Counted from the stretch's first letter, positions 40,055 through 49,527 are shown. The stretch: DNA of 64,000 nucleotides from Candidatus Lustribacter sp. (GCA_965277805.1 OZ255842.1:2048001-2112000), one strand, 5' to 3'. Numbers and translations: made by a program. The notes: generated by a model not told the origin, from the letters alone.

Positions 40055-40942
40055 CTAGTTGACGGCAGCGGCCGGTTCGACGACCGGGGCGACGGCCTTT
40101 GCGTGCACGCGCATTGTGCCGATACGCTCGATCGTTGCGACGATCGTATCGCCCGGTTCAACGGGGCCGACGCCCGCCGGCGTTCCTGTCATGATCACGT
40201 CACCAGGATACAGCGTGTGGAACTCCGAGGCCCAGGCGATGAGTTCCTGGACGTTCATAATCAGATGCCGCGTGTTCGATTGCTGGCGGCACTCGCCATT
40301 CACAAAAAGTTCGATAGCTAACGCGTTCGGATCAACGATTTCATCGGCGGTTACGAGCCAGGGTCCAAGGACGCCGTAGCCGTCGACGGACTTGCGGAAG
40401 CTTCGATCTTCCTTGCCGCGCGGAGTCATATCGAGCGCCACGGCATACCCGGCTACATAATCCAATGCGGATTCAACGCGCACACGGTCCGCGGTCTTCC
40501 CGATAACGACCCCGAGCTCGAGTTCGTGGTCCGTCCGGCGATCAGGAAAGCGCAGCGAGACACCGTCACCAGGGCCGACCAACGATGATGACGCTTTCAG
40601 GAACAATCCGGCCTGCTGGATGCGCGCTAAAGCGTGCGGAAAAGCCGCAAGATTACTTTGCGCCTCATCGAGATGTGACTCGTAGTTGACGGGCGCACCG
40701 ATGATCTTCGTCGGATTTGCGACCACGCTCGCGAACGAAGCGGCGTCGGCCGGCCCAATTTCGCTCAACGTCGGCGTCGCGTCGATCGCTCTGACTACTG
40801 TATCGAGCTGCGCGATGAGCTGATCGGCCCGCGGATACGGCCACGATTGCGACTCGAGAACCGCGAGCGCTTCGCTTGCATCGTAGCATTTGCCGTCGCG
40901 AACGACAACGAGTTCCCCCGAGGTCAAGCGCCCGATGCGCAT
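40055..40942 (-). CDS. Fumarylacetoacetate hydrolase-family protein
   Basis: VNYESH, DHELELGVVIG, LDMT, PGDVIMTGTPAGVG; GGAGG SD. Confidence 0.92.
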   Translation of the reverse strand: MRIGRLTSGELVVVRDGKCYDASEALAVLESQSWPYPRADQLIAQLDTVVRAIDATPTLSEIGPADAASFASVVANPTKIIGAPVNYESHLDEAQSNLAAFPHALARIQQAGLFLKASSSLVGPGDGVSLRFPDRRTDHELELGVVIGKTADRVRVESALDYVAGYAVALDMTPRGKEDRSFRKSVDGYGVLGPWLVTADEIVDPNALAIELFVNGECRQQSNTRHLIMNVQELIAWASEFHTLYPGDVIMTGTPAGVGPVEPGDTIVATIERIGTMRVHAKAVAPVVEPAAAVN

Positions 40943-40943
40943 A

Positions 40944-41894
40944 TTAGGTTGGCTCCTCCGTGCGATAGACATCGAGCGCACGCATGAGCGGCACATCGTC
41001 GTAGCGCATGAGGTAGGCGGTCTCAGCGCCGGCGTTAACATGCGAAAACGAATGCCATGACGGGACGACGAACGTGTCGCGCGCTTTCCATTCGATCGTC
41101 TGATCGCCGATCGTCGACGAGCCCGACCCCTTGACCACGTGATAGATCGAACTTGCGGTTTCGCGCCGGACGGGCGAAGCGTGCCCCACGGCGGCTCGCT
41201 CGGCTTGCGCGCCCATCGTGCGTGATACCGACGCCCCCGTCTCGCGATGACGGTATTCGCGGGTGGCAAAAGCGGCAGGATCCGAATCGAGTTCACGCTG
41301 CATCTCGGCCCAAGGATAGATGAGTGCAGACTCCGCGGCGCGCGGTACTGACGGGTATTGCTCAGCCGAGAAAAAACGGGTGAAGTGGACTGGCAACCAC
41401 TGATAGAGGGGAACATCCAGTCCGTCGAGCCATACCATCGGCGTTTCGGACTCGTTACCGTGATCGTGGAATTGCATCGACGGCGTGAGGACGAGGTCGC
41501 CGGGCCGCATATCGAAGCGTTCTCCCCCGACGCCGGTGTATGCAACGTCACCTTCAATGATGAAACGCATAGCGAAGGCCGTATGCTTGTGGGCGCGCGC
41601 GATCTCACCGGGCAGGATAAGTTGCAACCCGGCGTAGATCGTGTCGGTGGTAAACGGCAGCCGGTTGATTCCGGGATTCAGCAGCATCGCCACTCGTCGC
41701 TCGGCGTCCGCCGTGCTCACGAGCTCCCCGGATCGTTCGAGGAGCGGGCGCATGTCCGTATACTTCCACAGGCACGGTACGGCAACGGCGGCGGGTTCGC
41801 GGCGATTCACTTGATTGATATTGGTCCAAAGCGCGCCGGAGTTGTGGAGGCGCAGGTCCTCGTACAGAGACTCGAGGCCATCGGTTGTGATCAT
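40944..41894 (-). CDS. Cupin ring-cleaving dioxygenase, gentisate 1,2-dioxygenase family
   Basis: AERRVAMLLNPG, AGLQLILPGEIARAHKH, HDHGN, WLDGLDVP, VPSW. Confidence 0.9.
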   Translation of the reverse strand: MITTDGLESLYEDLRLHNSGALWTNINQVNRREPAAVAVPCLWKYTDMRPLLERSGELVSTADAERRVAMLLNPGINRLPFTTDTIYAGLQLILPGEIARAHKHTAFAMRFIIEGDVAYTGVGGERFDMRPGDLVLTPSMQFHDHGNESETPMVWLDGLDVPLYQWLPVHFTRFFSAEQYPSVPRAAESALIYPWAEMQRELDSDPAAFATREYRHRETGASVSRTMGAQAERAAVGHASPVRRETASSIYHVVKGSGSSTIGDQTIEWKARDTFVVPSWHSFSHVNAGAETAYLMRYDDVPLMRALDVYRTEEPT

Positions 41895-41998
41895 GTCGCG
41901 CTCCCGTGCTGAAGGAAAATATTTACGCTTCGTACCAATTACCATCATAATGCCCGGTAAAAGGCTCGTCAAGCCCATGTTGTCAGGGGGATAATGCC

Positions 41999-42991
41999 TT
42001 GGACACCCGACTGCGTTTGACACTCGCCGTTTGCGACTACGACCACGTACGCGATCTCACGTCGGGTTTCGTTCAGCCGGAAGGCATCGACATTCTTCCG
42101 TTCGATTTGCCGATCGAAGAGATCTTCTGGCGCCAACTCAAGTACAGCGAGTTCGACGTTACGGAACTGTCTTTTGGCATGTATACCTCGCTCGTTTCGC
42201 GTGGTAACCACGATTTTGTCGGCATACCGGTCTTCCCCTCACGCGTTTTTCGGCACGGAGCGATCTTTGTCAGGAAAGATTCCGGCCTCTCGACCCCGAG
42301 TGATTTTCGCGGCAAGCGCGTCGGGCTTGCGCAGTGGTCGCAAACGGCGGCAACGTTCGTACGAGGCATTTTTGTCGACCGCTACGATGTTCGCCTGTCA
42401 GACATCGAATGGGTGCAAGCGGGTGTGAACGATGCGGGTCGTGAGGATCCGGCGACTTTAAAACTGCCGGCCGGCATCCGGCTGACGTCCTATCCGCACC
42501 GTTCCCTCGACGAGATGATCGTCGCCGGCGATATCGACGCTATCATCAGTGCCAGGGCACCAAAAAGCGCGCTCGGGCCGAATCCAAACATCGTGCGCTT
42601 ATTCGAAAACTACGTTGAGATTGAACAGCGCTACTTCGAGGAGACCGGGATCTTCCCAATCATGCATCTTATCGCGATCAAACGTGCGACGTATGAAGCG
42701 AACCCCTGGATCGCGCGCAGCTTATATAAGGCGTTTGATCGAGCGCGTGCACGAAGCCGGGAGAGGTTGATCGATAGCACCGCCTCGCGCATCCCCGTTC
42801 CGTGGCTGCCGGACTTCGTCGGTCGCTCGGCAGCGCTACTTGGTCCGGATCCCTTCGCCTACGGCATCGAGCCGAATCGCACGACCCTCGAAGCATTCAC
42901 GCGATATGCGCACGAGCAGGGCGTAGCCCATCGTCTCCTGGCCGTCGAAGAACTCTTCGCCCCGGAAATGCAAACCGAATATCGCGTTTGA
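41999..42991 (+). CDS. 4,5-dihydroxyphthalate decarboxylase-like protein (periplasmic-binding fold)
   Basis: LTLAVCDYDH, EFDVTELS, IPVFPSRVFRH, GIFPIMH, YGIEPNRTTLE. Confidence 0.85.
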   Translation: MDTRLRLTLAVCDYDHVRDLTSGFVQPEGIDILPFDLPIEEIFWRQLKYSEFDVTELSFGMYTSLVSRGNHDFVGIPVFPSRVFRHGAIFVRKDSGLSTPSDFRGKRVGLAQWSQTAATFVRGIFVDRYDVRLSDIEWVQAGVNDAGREDPATLKLPAGIRLTSYPHRSLDEMIVAGDIDAIISARAPKSALGPNPNIVRLFENYVEIEQRYFEETGIFPIMHLIAIKRATYEANPWIARSLYKAFDRARARSRERLIDSTASRIPVPWLPDFVGRSAALLGPDPFAYGIEPNRTTLEAFTRYAHEQGVAHRLLAVEELFAPEMQTEYRV

Positions 42992-42997
42992 CGGGAG

Positions 42998-44170
42998 TCA
43001 TTTAAGCTTACCACCCGGTTGACTCGCGGGAACGACCGTTCCGGTCGCCGGGGAATACTTCACGACGATCACGGAGTCCGGCCCCAGCCCGTGCTGGTCC
43101 CCGCTCCGAAAGTCGTACAGTCCGTTCACGCTGGCGAAGTCGTGCAGATTCTCGATATAGCTGTGAACCTGGTCGGCGGTTGCATCCGGCCCGAGTTGGT
43201 TGAAGGCCGAGACGACGATGCTGGCTGCACCCCAGACGCTAGCGATTGCCGCGGTTGGAGCCACCCCAGCCGTCTTGAGCGCGTCGGTGAAGGTCGCAAT
43301 CGCTTTTCTGACTGCCGGTGAGCCCTGCGACCCGGCGCCTTGGTAGAGGTCGCCGTCGAAGTACAGCTCTTTGGGGAGAAATGCCGCGGACTGCTCGAGC
43401 AGGGAATTGATGTTGCTGTTATTCCCGAACACCGGAACATTCAGGCCCGCATCGTGTAAGGAGCGCAGAACCGTCCCGAACGCCGGTCCGAGCGCGATGG
43501 TATACACGATTTGCGGGTTGAAGGTTTTCAACTTCTCAATTTGCGCGGAGATCGTCAAGTCAGCCGGGCTGAATCTCTCCACGTCGACGATCTGCAACGC
43601 GGGATACATCTTCAGGGTGTTGAGGATGGCAGCCGAGCCGAATTGGCCCGATGCATCCGTGGTGACCAAGAGTGCCACCCGATGGTAGCCCTTGTCGGTC
43701 ATGAATCGTCCCTGAGTGACCGCCATGACGTCGGCCGATTGCGCTGCTGAGAAGGCAAACCCGCCCTTCGGCGTCTGCAGTCCGGGCGTAAAGCAGTATT
43801 CGACCGGGCCCACGTTGCGCACCAGCGCCTCGGCCGCGGCGCACGGTCCGGTGGTGACGGGACCAAGAAACACGGGAGCGTGTTTTGCAACGATCGCGTT
43901 CACTAATTGCACGGCGACTTGCGGCGAGCTCGCATCGTCCAGGAACTCAAAATGTACGGGCCGGCCGCGGACTCCGCCGGACCGATTGACGACGGTTTCG
44001 TAGACTTGCAAGCCGGCTTTTTCTTGGGCTCCGACGTACGCGGCGGGACCCGTAAGCGACACGATCGCGTCGATCGTGAGAGCTTCATCGCTCGATGCGC
44101 TCGTCGGGGAAAGTCCCATGAGGAGCGCGAGACAGACGAGCAGCCGCAGACACTTGGAAGGCCAGTGCAT
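42998..44170 (-). CDS. ABC solute-binding protein, LivJ type
   Basis: Signal peptide; SLTGPAA, VNRSGGVRGRP, GPVEYCFTP, GDQHGLG. Confidence 0.9.
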   Translation of the reverse strand: MHWPSKCLRLLVCLALLMGLSPTSASSDEALTIDAIVSLTGPAAYVGAQEKAGLQVYETVVNRSGGVRGRPVHFEFLDDASSPQVAVQLVNAIVAKHAPVFLGPVTTGPCAAAEALVRNVGPVEYCFTPGLQTPKGGFAFSAAQSADVMAVTQGRFMTDKGYHRVALLVTTDASGQFGSAAILNTLKMYPALQIVDVERFSPADLTISAQIEKLKTFNPQIVYTIALGPAFGTVLRSLHDAGLNVPVFGNNSNINSLLEQSAAFLPKELYFDGDLYQGAGSQGSPAVRKAIATFTDALKTAGVAPTAAIASVWGAASIVVSAFNQLGPDATADQVHSYIENLHDFASVNGLYDFRSGDQHGLGPDSVIVVKYSPATGTVVPASQPGGKLK

Positions 44171-44197
44171 ATTGTTAAAATCTCCGTCAGCGTGTTG

Positions 44198-44567
44198 CTA
44201 CGTCTTTGGTACGAGCGTAAAGTCGAACGGCATCGTAAGGAACGGCAAGGGCATGGAGAAGCGCTGAGCATCGATTTCCGTCGCCTCAATGTATGGCGCG
44301 ATCAGACCCTCTCGGACGCCGAACCCGGCATCTTTGCCGAGGAGCGGATCGCCCGCCGGGTAAATCGCGGATACGACCGTCTCGTAACCGTCTGCCCGGA
44401 GCATGGCGTGAATATGCGCCGGTCGCCCGGCCTTACGTCCCATCGCCCGAAGCATCTCACCGACGGTTTCTGTCGCTTGGCGCGTTTTCAACCGTCGCCA
44501 GCACGAGCCTCAGGGCGCTCTCTTCATTGAAATCGACGATGCCGGCGCTCGTTGTGGAAGCACTCAT
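44198..44567 (-). pseudogene. Internally deleted intradiol dioxygenase (hydroxyquinol 1,2-dioxygenase-like)
   Basis: ATG 44567 gives MSASTTSAGIVDFNEESALRLVLATVENAPSDR, fused out of frame near 44468 to TVGEMLRAMGR..RPAHIH...D..FGV...LI...FDFTL. Confidence 0.8.
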
Positions 44568-44570
44568 TTT

Positions 44571-45590
44571 TTATCCCTTAGAAGCTTCTGCGTACACGCG
44601 TAAGTAGTCGAGCACGACCTCTTTCGTGCGCGTGCGCGCGATACCGCACTCGGTGGAGATGCCGAAGCGTCCGACGTACTGCCGGGCGGCTTGCATGCGA
44701 GCCTTCGTGCCAGAAATGCCGTCGCTCGCGTGAACGAGCCCGAGAAACAATTCGGTCTCGGCCGGTAGGGCGAGATCGCGGAGCGGCGCAAAATAGGCAT
44801 CGTCCGTGCGGCCAGCCGGAACGGGCATGTGGATGTAGCTGATCGGGCGTGGCACCGCGCGCAGCAACAGCCCGGCCATCGACGCGAGCCGTTCGGTATC
44901 GCGCGGTTCGATGAAATGCTTGCCTTTATGATCGCCGTAGCACAAATGAAAGCCGAGACCAACGTCAGTTGGAACCGCCCCGCCGAGTCTTCCGAATGCT
45001 GCCGTTAGGCGATCTTCCAAATCGGGCGTCGCCGGCATGCGTGCCCAACCGCCGTCCCACATCAGCATCTCCATGCACACATCCCACTGAATCAACAGAT
45101 CCTCGTGCGGAATGGCCGCGCAGATCGTCTCGACTTCGCGTAGCATTGCGCGTTCGTATGCCGGCAAGATCACCGGCACCGCTTCACGCGCACAGTAGAC
45201 GACGACCACCGCCGTGGGCGTCGGCAGCGACACTTGAAAGCGGATCGACGGCGCTATGAGGCCTGCCGAGCGGGCTTTGAGAAAATCGACGTACGAGGTG
45301 CGCGCTTCGCGCGCGTACCCGAGTTCACCGAACCGGACGTCTTCGGGCGCGACATCCGGCGCAAGCGAAACGGCAGGGAACGCGCTTACCTGTTCGACCG
45401 GCGCGTCGTTCCTCAAGTACGGGTTTGAGGCGAGAACGGGATATTGCCAGAGGATCCAATGCCGCCGGCCACCCGGTTCGCCGTCCGGGATACTGCGCAA
45501 GTTCGAGCCGAGCATCGAGCCGATCGTCGCGAAGACGTCGTCGACCGTATCCAAGCCCACGCTGCCGACGAAGTGCACCGGATACGCCAT
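44571..45590 (-). CDS. MetE catalytic-domain-like (UROD/MetE fold) Zn protein
   Basis: HFVGSVGL, IPDGEPGGR, FQVSLPTP, IQWDVC, HLCYGD and TECG candidate Zn ligands; AAGGAG SD. Confidence 0.75.
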   Translation of the reverse strand: MAYPVHFVGSVGLDTVDDVFATIGSMLGSNLRSIPDGEPGGRRHWILWQYPVLASNPYLRNDAPVEQVSAFPAVSLAPDVAPEDVRFGELGYAREARTSYVDFLKARSAGLIAPSIRFQVSLPTPTAVVVVYCAREAVPVILPAYERAMLREVETICAAIPHEDLLIQWDVCMEMLMWDGGWARMPATPDLEDRLTAAFGRLGGAVPTDVGLGFHLCYGDHKGKHFIEPRDTERLASMAGLLLRAVPRPISYIHMPVPAGRTDDAYFAPLRDLALPAETELFLGLVHASDGISGTKARMQAARQYVGRFGISTECGIARTRTKEVVLDYLRVYAEASKG

Positions 45591-45600
45591 GTTGTACTCC

Positions 45601-46809
45601 TTAATCCGTGCCGGTAATCGGCAGCAGGCCTTCGGGTCGAACGAACGACCGCAGCGGACGCCCTTCCGCCAGGGCCTTGAGCTCCGTGCTCCACAGCTTA
45701 CGCATCGCGATGATAGCGACGTCGGAACGTCCGAGGTGCTCGACGCCTTTGCGCCGGTCAGCGATGCGCCCCTGACCGGTTTGACAGACGTCGTCTTGCG
45801 CCATCGCAACATGGTGACAGAGCTGCGCCATGTCGTCGTAGCCGATGTCGCCGCGCAACACGGCCTGAGCTGCGACATGCGCCTCTTCCTCCGCGTTCGC
45901 AAACTGTTTCCAGCGCTCGGCGTATGCCGGATCGACCGTATCGCCATGAAGATGAACATTAATGAGACGCAATTCGAGGGTGCTTTCGTCGTCGATCGGC
46001 ACGCGATAGGCTAGGAAATCTTGCCAGGCAACCTCCGCCCGGTTCACTTTCTCCTCACCAGGCTTTTGAATATTGTCGGGATGGACAGTGAAGAGGCCGA
46101 TATTCGGCATGCCGAAAAGCACCTCGCGTTTGTGGCCATGGCGCGTGGCGATGCATTTCATGCCCCACGGGGTTTCCTCGGCCGCGATCTCGGGCAGCTG
46201 ATCGAAGTAGACTTTGGTGAACACCGATGTCCGGTGCGTGAACGCGAGATGGCCCTCGTCCATGAAGTTTTCCACGCACTGAAAGAAATTGCAAGCGCGC
46301 ACGCTCATGAGCGGCATGACGAGCTTTCCCCGCTCCCATTCGGGATACCGCGGAAACTCGGGCGGGTCGCCGCCGCCGAAGTACGCATAGATCAAACCGA
46401 GGTAATCGCGCGCGGGATAGCCGCCGATCTTGACGCGCTGCGCGTAGGTGCTGTCGGGCCCCTCGAGCGGCTGCTCGACGCATTGACCGTTCGCTTCGAA
46501 TTTCCAGCCATGGTACGGACATCGAATGCAGTCGCCTTCCACCCAGCCGGCGTTGAGTTGCGTTCCACGATGCGCGCAGGCTTGGTCGACACAGTGAATG
46601 TCGCCCGACTCGCCGCGGTAGAGCGCGTAGTTCTCACCCATGATGCGCAACGGACGCGCGCGCCCGGGCGCTACGCTCTCACTCAAAGCCACCGGATGCC
46701 AGAACGTGCGCATGTAGCGTCCCGCGATCGTACCGGGGCCGGTGTGGGCGAAATCGACGCCCTCGCCGGCGTCATTTACGGAGGCAGTTCCGGAGAGAGT
46801 GGTCGTCAT
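45601..46809 (-). CDS. Rieske oxygenase alpha subunit, phthalate 4,5-dioxygenase/LigX type
   Basis: TGPGT..GRYMRTFWHP, CAHR...CPYHGW, ENFMDEGHLAFTH, HLGRSD. Confidence 0.9.
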   Translation of the reverse strand: MTTTLSGTASVNDAGEGVDFAHTGPGTIAGRYMRTFWHPVALSESVAPGRARPLRIMGENYALYRGESGDIHCVDQACAHRGTQLNAGWVEGDCIRCPYHGWKFEANGQCVEQPLEGPDSTYAQRVKIGGYPARDYLGLIYAYFGGGDPPEFPRYPEWERGKLVMPLMSVRACNFFQCVENFMDEGHLAFTHRTSVFTKVYFDQLPEIAAEETPWGMKCIATRHGHKREVLFGMPNIGLFTVHPDNIQKPGEEKVNRAEVAWQDFLAYRVPIDDESTLELRLINVHLHGDTVDPAYAERWKQFANAEEEAHVAAQAVLRGDIGYDDMAQLCHHVAMAQDDVCQTGQGRIADRRKGVEHLGRSDVAIIAMRKLWSTELKALAEGRPLRSFVRPEGLLPITGTD

Positions 46810-47810
46810 GAATACTCCTTACTTCGCGATTGAGCCAACGCGGCGCGTGCGATCTCTTCGTCTTCTTCGGCCGAGCGCGCTCCGGCGATCCCGAGCGCTC
46901 CCGCGACGCAACCAATTGCGTCAATGGTCGGCAGACCACCGGCAACGGCTAGAAAGGGAAAGCGAGCGAGACGCCCATACCCGGCTGCGTCCGCCGTCCA
47001 TGGACCTTCCGCGCCGCTGGGCGCTTGCAGGTTCACCGCTGTTGCCGCTTTGGCTTCTGCCAGATCCACCGTGATCGGCGCGGCGGAATCCATCCGGTCG
47101 AGCTGCACCAGATCGCCGTTACGGTCCGCGACCGCAGCACTGATGCGAACGCCTCGGCGCTGCGCTTCCGAAAACGCGGCGTCGACGACGGCCAGTGCCC
47201 AGGTCAGACGCTGCTGCTCGCGCGCCGGCGGCGGAGCGCTCAGACCCGTTCCGGAAGGCAGTGGATCGTACCGATTACCGTACGCCTTGCGCCAGCGCTC
47301 GAGATCGTCGCCGTGCTGTGGCGCATAATGATCCAGGCCGATCGCGTAGGAGATGATGAGGTCGATTGCATTCGCGGGCCGGCCTTCGACCAGAAACTTC
47401 TCCGGATCGACGCCGGGGGAACTGACCTCGGGCGGGATATCCGCTGCGGACGACATCGCTCCCACGTGCGCACCGTTGCGCGTGATCGGCATCGCGCCCG
47501 GTCCGGGGAAGCAGCGGTCGCGCAAGATGTCTTGATAGGCGGCGAAAACGCTCGGCGGCCGGCCGTAGATCCGTGCGGCGAAGCGGGCCGATGTTTCGCG
47601 GTTGGCCGCCGCCTCGTACGCCTTCGCGCGCGAGATGCCCATGCTGATCGATCCGGCGCCATCCATCCGCGACGCCGAAATGACGATGCCGCCCTCGTTG
47701 ACCACGACGAATGCGCCGCGCTGTCCGACGTCCTCGGCCTTGTCGACGGCACGCCGGAGCAGTTCACGCGCGTCGGCGAGCGAGAGCAGTGGAGCTTCGA
47801 ACCCCGTCAT
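46806..47810 (-). CDS. Tandem GlcG/HbpS (heme-binding, DUF336) domain protein
   Basis: Two copies of RMD.A.....A.AKA..A plus GG.P....G...GA.G..G; ATGA coupling on both sides. Confidence 0.82.
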   Translation of the reverse strand: MTGFEAPLLSLADARELLRRAVDKAEDVGQRGAFVVVNEGGIVISASRMDGAGSISMGISRAKAYEAAANRETSARFAARIYGRPPSVFAAYQDILRDRCFPGPGAMPITRNGAHVGAMSSAADIPPEVSSPGVDPEKFLVEGRPANAIDLIISYAIGLDHYAPQHGDDLERWRKAYGNRYDPLPSGTGLSAPPPAREQQRLTWALAVVDAAFSEAQRRGVRISAAVADRNGDLVQLDRMDSAAPITVDLAEAKAATAVNLQAPSGAEGPWTADAAGYGRLARFPFLAVAGGLPTIDAIGCVAGALGIAGARSAEEDEEIARAALAQSRSKEYS

Positions 47811-48412
47811 ACAAACGAACACGAGTCTTGGAATTCCAACCGAGGTAGCCGTCCGAACAACATATCCGGGTTACCGAATCCGACCGAACACAAGAAGTTC
47901 GAGCGATACGACGTGCCGGCCAAGAATGCTCGGTCGACGGCCTCGTGGTCGAATCCCGAGAGCGGCCCGCAATCGAGCCCCAGCGCACGCGCAGCGACGA
48001 TGAAATATGCACCCTGCAGGGTGGAATTGCGAAATGCCGTCGCTTCCGCGTACCCAGTGTCGTCCGCGTAATGGCCGCGCATGTCTTTGTGTGGAAAGAG
48101 CCGCGGCAGATGGTCGAAGAATCGCTCGTCGTAGGCGACGATCGCCGTTACAGGGGCGGACAGCACTTTCGGCTTGTTACCGGGGCTGACAGCCTCGGCC
48201 AGTTGCGCCTTCGCTTGAGCACTGCGCACAAAGATGAAGCGCGCCGGCTGCGAGTTCGTACTCGTGGGTCCGAGCTGGGCCAACCCGATCACCGCTCGGA
48301 GCAGCGCCTCGTCGACCTCCTTCGGCAACCAGCCGTTGTGGCTGCGCGCGGCCCGGAAGATCAAATCGAGACCCTGGTCGTCCAGGGCCCGACGATCGCA
48401 TTCGATATCCAT
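47807..48412 (-). CDS. RutE/HadB-type nitroreductase-family flavoprotein
   Basis: ARSHNGW, GPTSTNSQPARF, RNSTLQGAY, GLDCGPLSGFD, RLPRL. Confidence 0.9.
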   Translation of the reverse strand: MDIECDRRALDDQGLDLIFRAARSHNGWLPKEVDEALLRAVIGLAQLGPTSTNSQPARFIFVRSAQAKAQLAEAVSPGNKPKVLSAPVTAIVAYDERFFDHLPRLFPHKDMRGHYADDTGYAEATAFRNSTLQGAYFIVAARALGLDCGPLSGFDHEAVDRAFLAGTSYRSNFLCSVGFGNPDMLFGRLPRLEFQDSCSFV

Positions 48413-48436
48413 TAGCGCCTTCGCAGGTTCCTTTGT

Positions 48437-48471
48437 TTGAAGAATTTGTCTTTCAAGAATGTGTGTTTGAA
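48437..48471. promoter_or_regulatory. Probable MarR operator array
   Basis: TTGAA (48437) / TTCAA (48452) / TTGAA (48467) at exact 15-bp spacing in the divergent intergenic region. Confidence 0.55.
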
Positions 48472-48525
48472 GGTACTATGCATCTCGCGAGCCGAAACGT
48501 CAACCCTTCTCTAGGGGGTTATGCA

Positions 48526-49110
48526 GTGAAACCGCGGGACCACATCGACCTTGTGCGTAGGGCGGCGGGCATGCCGTCGTCCGACACGACGACGGTCGAA
48601 ATTACCAGCCGCCTTTTCCGGTTGTGCGCGCACTACGATCAACTCGTGTCGCCGCTCTACGCACGCCGCGGGCTGACGCGCGTCGAGCTGGATCTGCTTT
48701 GGGCGCTCGAACGCGCAGGCGATACGCCGCTGACGCCGACCAAGCTGGCGGCGCGGCAAATGTGCGCCTCGGGCACCCTCAGCAATCGCCTCGAAAAATT
48801 GGAGCGGCTGGGCCTGCTCACGCGTCAGGCGGATCCATCCGACCGGCGCGGCGTCCTGCTTGAGATCACCGAGCACGGCCGCACGATCGTCAACGAACTC
48901 AACGCGGCGCGCGAACGTATCGATGCACTTCTAATCCCCGGCCTGACCGTCGCGCAACGGCGCGCATTGGTGGACCTGCTGCGGACATCGCTCATTGCGG
49001 CCGAACAGATCGCGCAGCTGGAAACGGCGAGCGAGACGCCACCGTCCTCCGATGAAGAATCATCTGCACCGCAGCCAGCGCCGCTGCGCCGGACGCGTGC
49101 GGCCCGCTAA
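48526..49110 (+). CDS. MarR-family regulator
   Basis: LTPTKLA...SGTLSNRLEKLERLGLLTR..DPSDRRGVLLEITEHG; AGGGGG SD before GTG. Confidence 0.9.
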   Translation: MKPRDHIDLVRRAAGMPSSDTTTVEITSRLFRLCAHYDQLVSPLYARRGLTRVELDLLWALERAGDTPLTPTKLAARQMCASGTLSNRLEKLERLGLLTRQADPSDRRGVLLEITEHGRTIVNELNAARERIDALLIPGLTVAQRRALVDLLRTSLIAAEQIAQLETASETPPSSDEESSAPQPAPLRRTRAAR

Positions 49111-49143
49111 CATTTCTGCAAACCGCTGTAAGGAAAGGCCCTG

Positions 49144-49527
49144 ATGCAGGTTACCAAAGACGATGTCATGCAAGCCAGCAAAGGCATGCTACAGAAGCAA
49201 TTCTACGTCGTGTTCAGTACGCCGACGAATGGGATTGGTCCCGTGATGGAAAACCTCGAGGCACACCTCGCGCACCAATGCAAGATCGAGGCGGACGGAA
49301 TCATGGTGGCGGCCGGCCCGTACTGGACCGATGACGAGAAGCAATGGGAAGGCGAGGGCATGTTCGTCATTCGTGCGCGATCCCTCGCGCATGCGAAGGA
49401 ACTTGCGGCGAGCGACCCGATGCACAAATGCGGAGCGCGGTCGTTCGTCGTCCGGCCATGGATGGTGAATGAAGGCGGCCTCACTATCCGGCTCACGTTC
49501 TCGGACGGGAAATTCGTTCTTGAGTAA
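49144..49527 (+). CDS. YciI-family protein (copy 1)
   Basis: AHLAHQ, AAGP, GMFVIRA, DPMH...RPW. Confidence 0.85.
   Translation: MQVTKDDVMQASKGMLQKQFYVVFSTPTNGIGPVMENLEAHLAHQCKIEADGIMVAAGPYWTDDEKQWEGEGMFVIRARSLAHAKELAASDPMHKCGARSFVVRPWMVNEGGLTIRLTFSDGKFVLE

Noticed and set aside
40943-41608. N-terminal extension of the 517-aa FAH ORF; likewise the extensions of 44571..45959, 50601..51152 and 57590..58192
   Set aside because: Off-frame overlaps with genuine upstream genes; internal starts have an SD or stop/start coupling
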